Source: a virus
Reading direction: 5' to 3' (one strand)
Length of the DNA stretch: 64,000 nt
IMG/VR virus record: IMGVR_UViG_3300043754_000046
Span: 9,981 to 73,980 of that record
This document shows, piece by piece, positions 61,742 through 64,000 of the stretch (positions are counted from its first letter, which is position 1; each line of letters starts with the position of its first letter). The notes beneath the pieces are model-generated. The model was not told the DNA's origin. It searched no databases and was given only the letters and a program-made list of their open reading frames with translations. Made by a program: the position numbers and the translations under genes.

Positions 61742-62134
61742 TCAGTCCCTGACGACTGCCGGAGCGATGCGTGCCATGTGCGTGCCGGGGCGGTCGACCT
61801 GCTCATAGTGCCGCTCTGCGATCGGACTGACGCCGTGCGCGAATTCCGCGAGGAAAGTCGGCGCCTCCGTCCAGGCCGCGCTCCCCGGGTGAGCGCGCTC
61901 GTTCATGGTCTCCTGGGCGGTCTTGATGTAGACGTTGGCGTTGTGGTTGTCACGGGCGCCGGTCTGATAACCCTGTCCAGCTCCAGTCATGAAATCGCCC
62001 GCGACACTGGCCGCGAGATTTTCCTGGAACCGCAGCGGACCTCGGCCGCCCGGCGTCGGGGATGCATGGGACTGCTCGTAATAGGTGTCGGCCCGCTCCG
62101 GGAATCGCGGCGTGGGGCCCAGGTTTCCAGCCAT
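61742..62134 (-). CDS. Hypothetical protein (130 aa), probably virion-associated
   Basis: AGGAG RBS; downstream of late promoter F. Confidence 0.7.
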   Translation of the reverse strand: MAGNLGPTPRFPERADTYYEQSHASPTPGGRGPLRFQENLAASVAGDFMTGAGQGYQTGARDNHNANVYIKTAQETMNERAHPGSAAWTEAPTFLAEFAHGVSPIAERHYEQVDRPGTHMARIAPAVVRD

Positions 62135-62165
62135 GGGTGCTCCTAAGGAAGACGTCTCCTATTTC

Positions 62166-62195
62166 AGGCTAAGGAGGGTTTCCTTTTCCCTGTTA
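62166..62195 (-). promoter_or_regulatory. Putative late promoter F (TAAC-N20-TAGCCT)
   Basis: TAACAGGGAAAAGGAAACCCTCCT-TAGCCT. Confidence 0.65.
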
Positions 62196-62197
62196 AT

Positions 62198-62713
62198 TCA
62201 CTCCACGGCCGGATACTGCCAGCCGTACATGGGCGGCATGGAATCGATCGGGATCACAGTGCCGTCGGGGATGATGAGGGAGTGCAGCTCTTGTGGTGCT
62301 GAGCCAGCCGCCGAGGGGACGTTGATGGCAAATTGGCGGCCCCCTGGAAAGGCCTCGCGGACGGTGTAGGTGAACGACGCTTCCAGGGCCGCTGAGTCTG
62401 AGGCGGGGAGCTGGATATTGAGTGCGCCGTTGACGATGTCGTATCGCCGTACTCGGGGCAGGACAGTGGAGCCGCTGGCCTTGTCCTGATAGGTCGCGTT
62501 CGGGCGTACGAGGATTGATCCCTGGAGCGGGACACCCGTGTCGTCATCTAGGTAGGTGGCGACAACGTTGATCAGGGGGATATCGGCGGGAAAAGCAGGC
62601 GGCGTAGTTGGGGGCGTGGCAGCCGGGACCGTGCGATTTTGGGCGGTCCAGCCCTTGATCCACCACGGGTCTGAAGGGTTCGGGTTGTACGGGTCGAAGT
62701 AATTGGTGACCAC
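62198..62713 (-). CDS. Hypothetical beta-rich structural protein (171 aa)
   Basis: GTG 62713 after AGGAG. Confidence 0.65.
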   Translation of the reverse strand: MVTNYFDPYNPNPSDPWWIKGWTAQNRTVPAATPPTTPPAFPADIPLINVVATYLDDDTGVPLQGSILVRPNATYQDKASGSTVLPRVRRYDIVNGALNIQLPASDSAALEASFTYTVREAFPGGRQFAINVPSAAGSAPQELHSLIIPDGTVIPIDSMPPMYGWQYPAVE

Positions 62714-62721
62714 CGAGTCTC

Positions 62722-64000
62722 CTAGGCTGCGTAGAGGAAGTTGGGGCTCTGCTCGACCTCGGGAATAGCGAATTCCTCGCTCAGTGAGCAAGCGATGGCT
62801 AGGGAGTCCACGAAGTCGTCGTGGGCGCCTACTTCATTCGGTGCCTCCACGATCACATTCGGGCCCTCAAAGCGAAGCTCAGCGTCTTCCATCTGTTGCC
62901 TGAATTTTCTCCACACACGCAGAGATCGAGTCTTGGCGTGGGCGGGCCAGCCGATTTTCCCGTCGCGCATGAGGTCCATGAGGTACCGCCATCTCTTGGA
63001 CTGCGCGCCTCGGTCGGAGGGGACGCCGACTACTTCTACGCCGGGCATCAGTACGCGGAGCCTGGATATGACGGTGTCGCCGACACCGCCCTGGTCTACG
63101 CCCACGGAGAGGACGTGATAGTTGGAGAGGAACTCAGTGATCCTGAAGTACTGCTCTTCCCATTCCACGCCGGTTAGATCGAGCCAGTTGAGTATCCGGT
63201 GTTCGAAGCGTCCGAACTGGTCTGGATAGTCCCAGCCGATCCATACGACTGTGACGATGGTGGAGTCCACTTTTCGGGCCGGGTCGATGCCCACGATGAC
63301 TGGCGACTTCATCCATGCGTGCTGGACCTGCATGCTCTTGTCGCCGAGCTCGTCCATTTTGTCAGCTGTAACAAACATGCCTCGGTCGAGAAGCCAGATC
63401 AGTCTGTATGACAGTTTGAACTCATCGGAATCCTGTCCGATGCGCAGGATCTCCTTGGCCACGAATTTCTTGTAGTTCGCGTTGTACTTGCCGACGAGCT
63501 TGTAGTCGGCTTCGAAGTGATTCGTGCGGGAACCGCGCTTGGTAGCCTGCCTCTTGTTGAGCTGGATTGTCTTGAAGAAGACGCCCTTGGTATAGGTAGG
63601 CGTTCCGGTCATCACCATGGTGGCGTTGGTGCTGGCGCCCATTGGTGAGATCGACTTGTTCACGACCTTTTCTTCGGCGTCCTGGCACTCATCGATCAAG
63701 ATGAGGTGGTAGGTGCGGCCCTCGATCTTTGCCCTGGGATGGCAGGTGGTTTTGCGGACGAGGCTTCCAGACGCCTTGAGTCGGAGCTCTTTCCCTCGAC
63801 CGATGACCTCTTCATCAATTTCGGGGTCTCGCATGAACTCCAGGGCTCGGTCGGAGGTGAGCCGGGAGACGATACGGCCGTAGAGCGTGTCCGCCTGCTC
63901 ATCCACAGGCGCAAATGCGCCCACCCAGAGTCCCTCTGAGAATTTACCGAGGAGATCCGGATACATCTGCGCCAGGCGCGGAAGGAGAATCATGCAGGCC
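62722..64000 (-). CDS. terL: Terminase large subunit (5' part outside the window)
   Basis: LILIDECQ (Walker B), MTGTP (coupling motif), VGIDPA and HDDFVDSLA (nuclease); frame is open at the window edge. Confidence 0.92.
   Translation of the reverse strand, partial: ACMILLPRLAQMYPDLLGKFSEGLWVGAFAPVDEQADTLYGRIVSRLTSDRALEFMRDPEIDEEVIGRGKELRLKASGSLVRKTTCHPRAKIEGRTYHLILIDECQDAEEKVVNKSISPMGASTNATMVMTGTPTYTKGVFFKTIQLNKRQATKRGSRTNHFEADYKLVGKYNANYKKFVAKEILRIGQDSDEFKLSYRLIWLLDRGMFVTADKMDELGDKSMQVQHAWMKSPVIVGIDPARKVDSTIVTVVWIGWDYPDQFGRFEHRILNWLDLTGVEWEEQYFRITEFLSNYHVLSVGVDQGGVGDTVISRLRVLMPGVEVVGVPSDRGAQSKRWRYLMDLMRDGKIGWPAHAKTRSLRVWRKFRQQMEDAELRFEGPNVIVEAPNEVGAHDDFVDSLAIACSLSEEFAIPEVEQSPNFLYAA

Noticed and set aside
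1-64000. tRNA or rRNA genes
   Set aside because: No cloverleaf or T-loop signature was found in the few intergenic gaps large enough to hold one; a tRNAscan-SE or ARAGORN run would confirm.

Overview
This 64-kb window is part of the genome of a large, GC-rich tailed phage with a contractile tail (myovirus type). Its gene content points to an actinomycete, Streptomyces-like host (WhiB, DUF2637, DUF1876, Rpf-like transglycosylase). Essentially every real gene is on the minus strand; the long plus-strand ORFs are antisense shadows. Reading the minus strand from 64000 down: (1) head and tail module: terminase (partial), portal, scaffold, major capsid, neck, two beta-helix spikes, sheath, tube, chaperones, tape measure, baseplate and fibres; (2) three DNA-metabolism operons: initiator/loader/DnaB/primase/SNF2, then SSB/PolA/NrdJ, then RecA/Hjc/WhiB/Cas4-like/ThyX/DnaQ/EndoVII; (3) a late accessory and lysis region: SpoVS-like protein, small proteins, two endolysins, a secreted transglycosylase, and a nucleotidyltransferase-HAD pair running off the left edge. 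Main discoveries: a 286-nt ORF-less group I intron splitting the major capsid gene; a two-class promoter architecture read from the DNA (three copies of a double-palindrome operator/promoter, one heading each replication operon, and eight copies of TA(A/C)(C/T)-N20-TANNCT in front of structural, lysis and accessory genes, two of them apparently leaderless); an Acb2/Tad1-like signal-sponge gene; a candidate +1 frameshift in the tail chaperone; and unannotated Cys-rich microproteins. All family assignments are motif recognition by eye; no database search was run. Many start codons were corrected relative to the ORF track.
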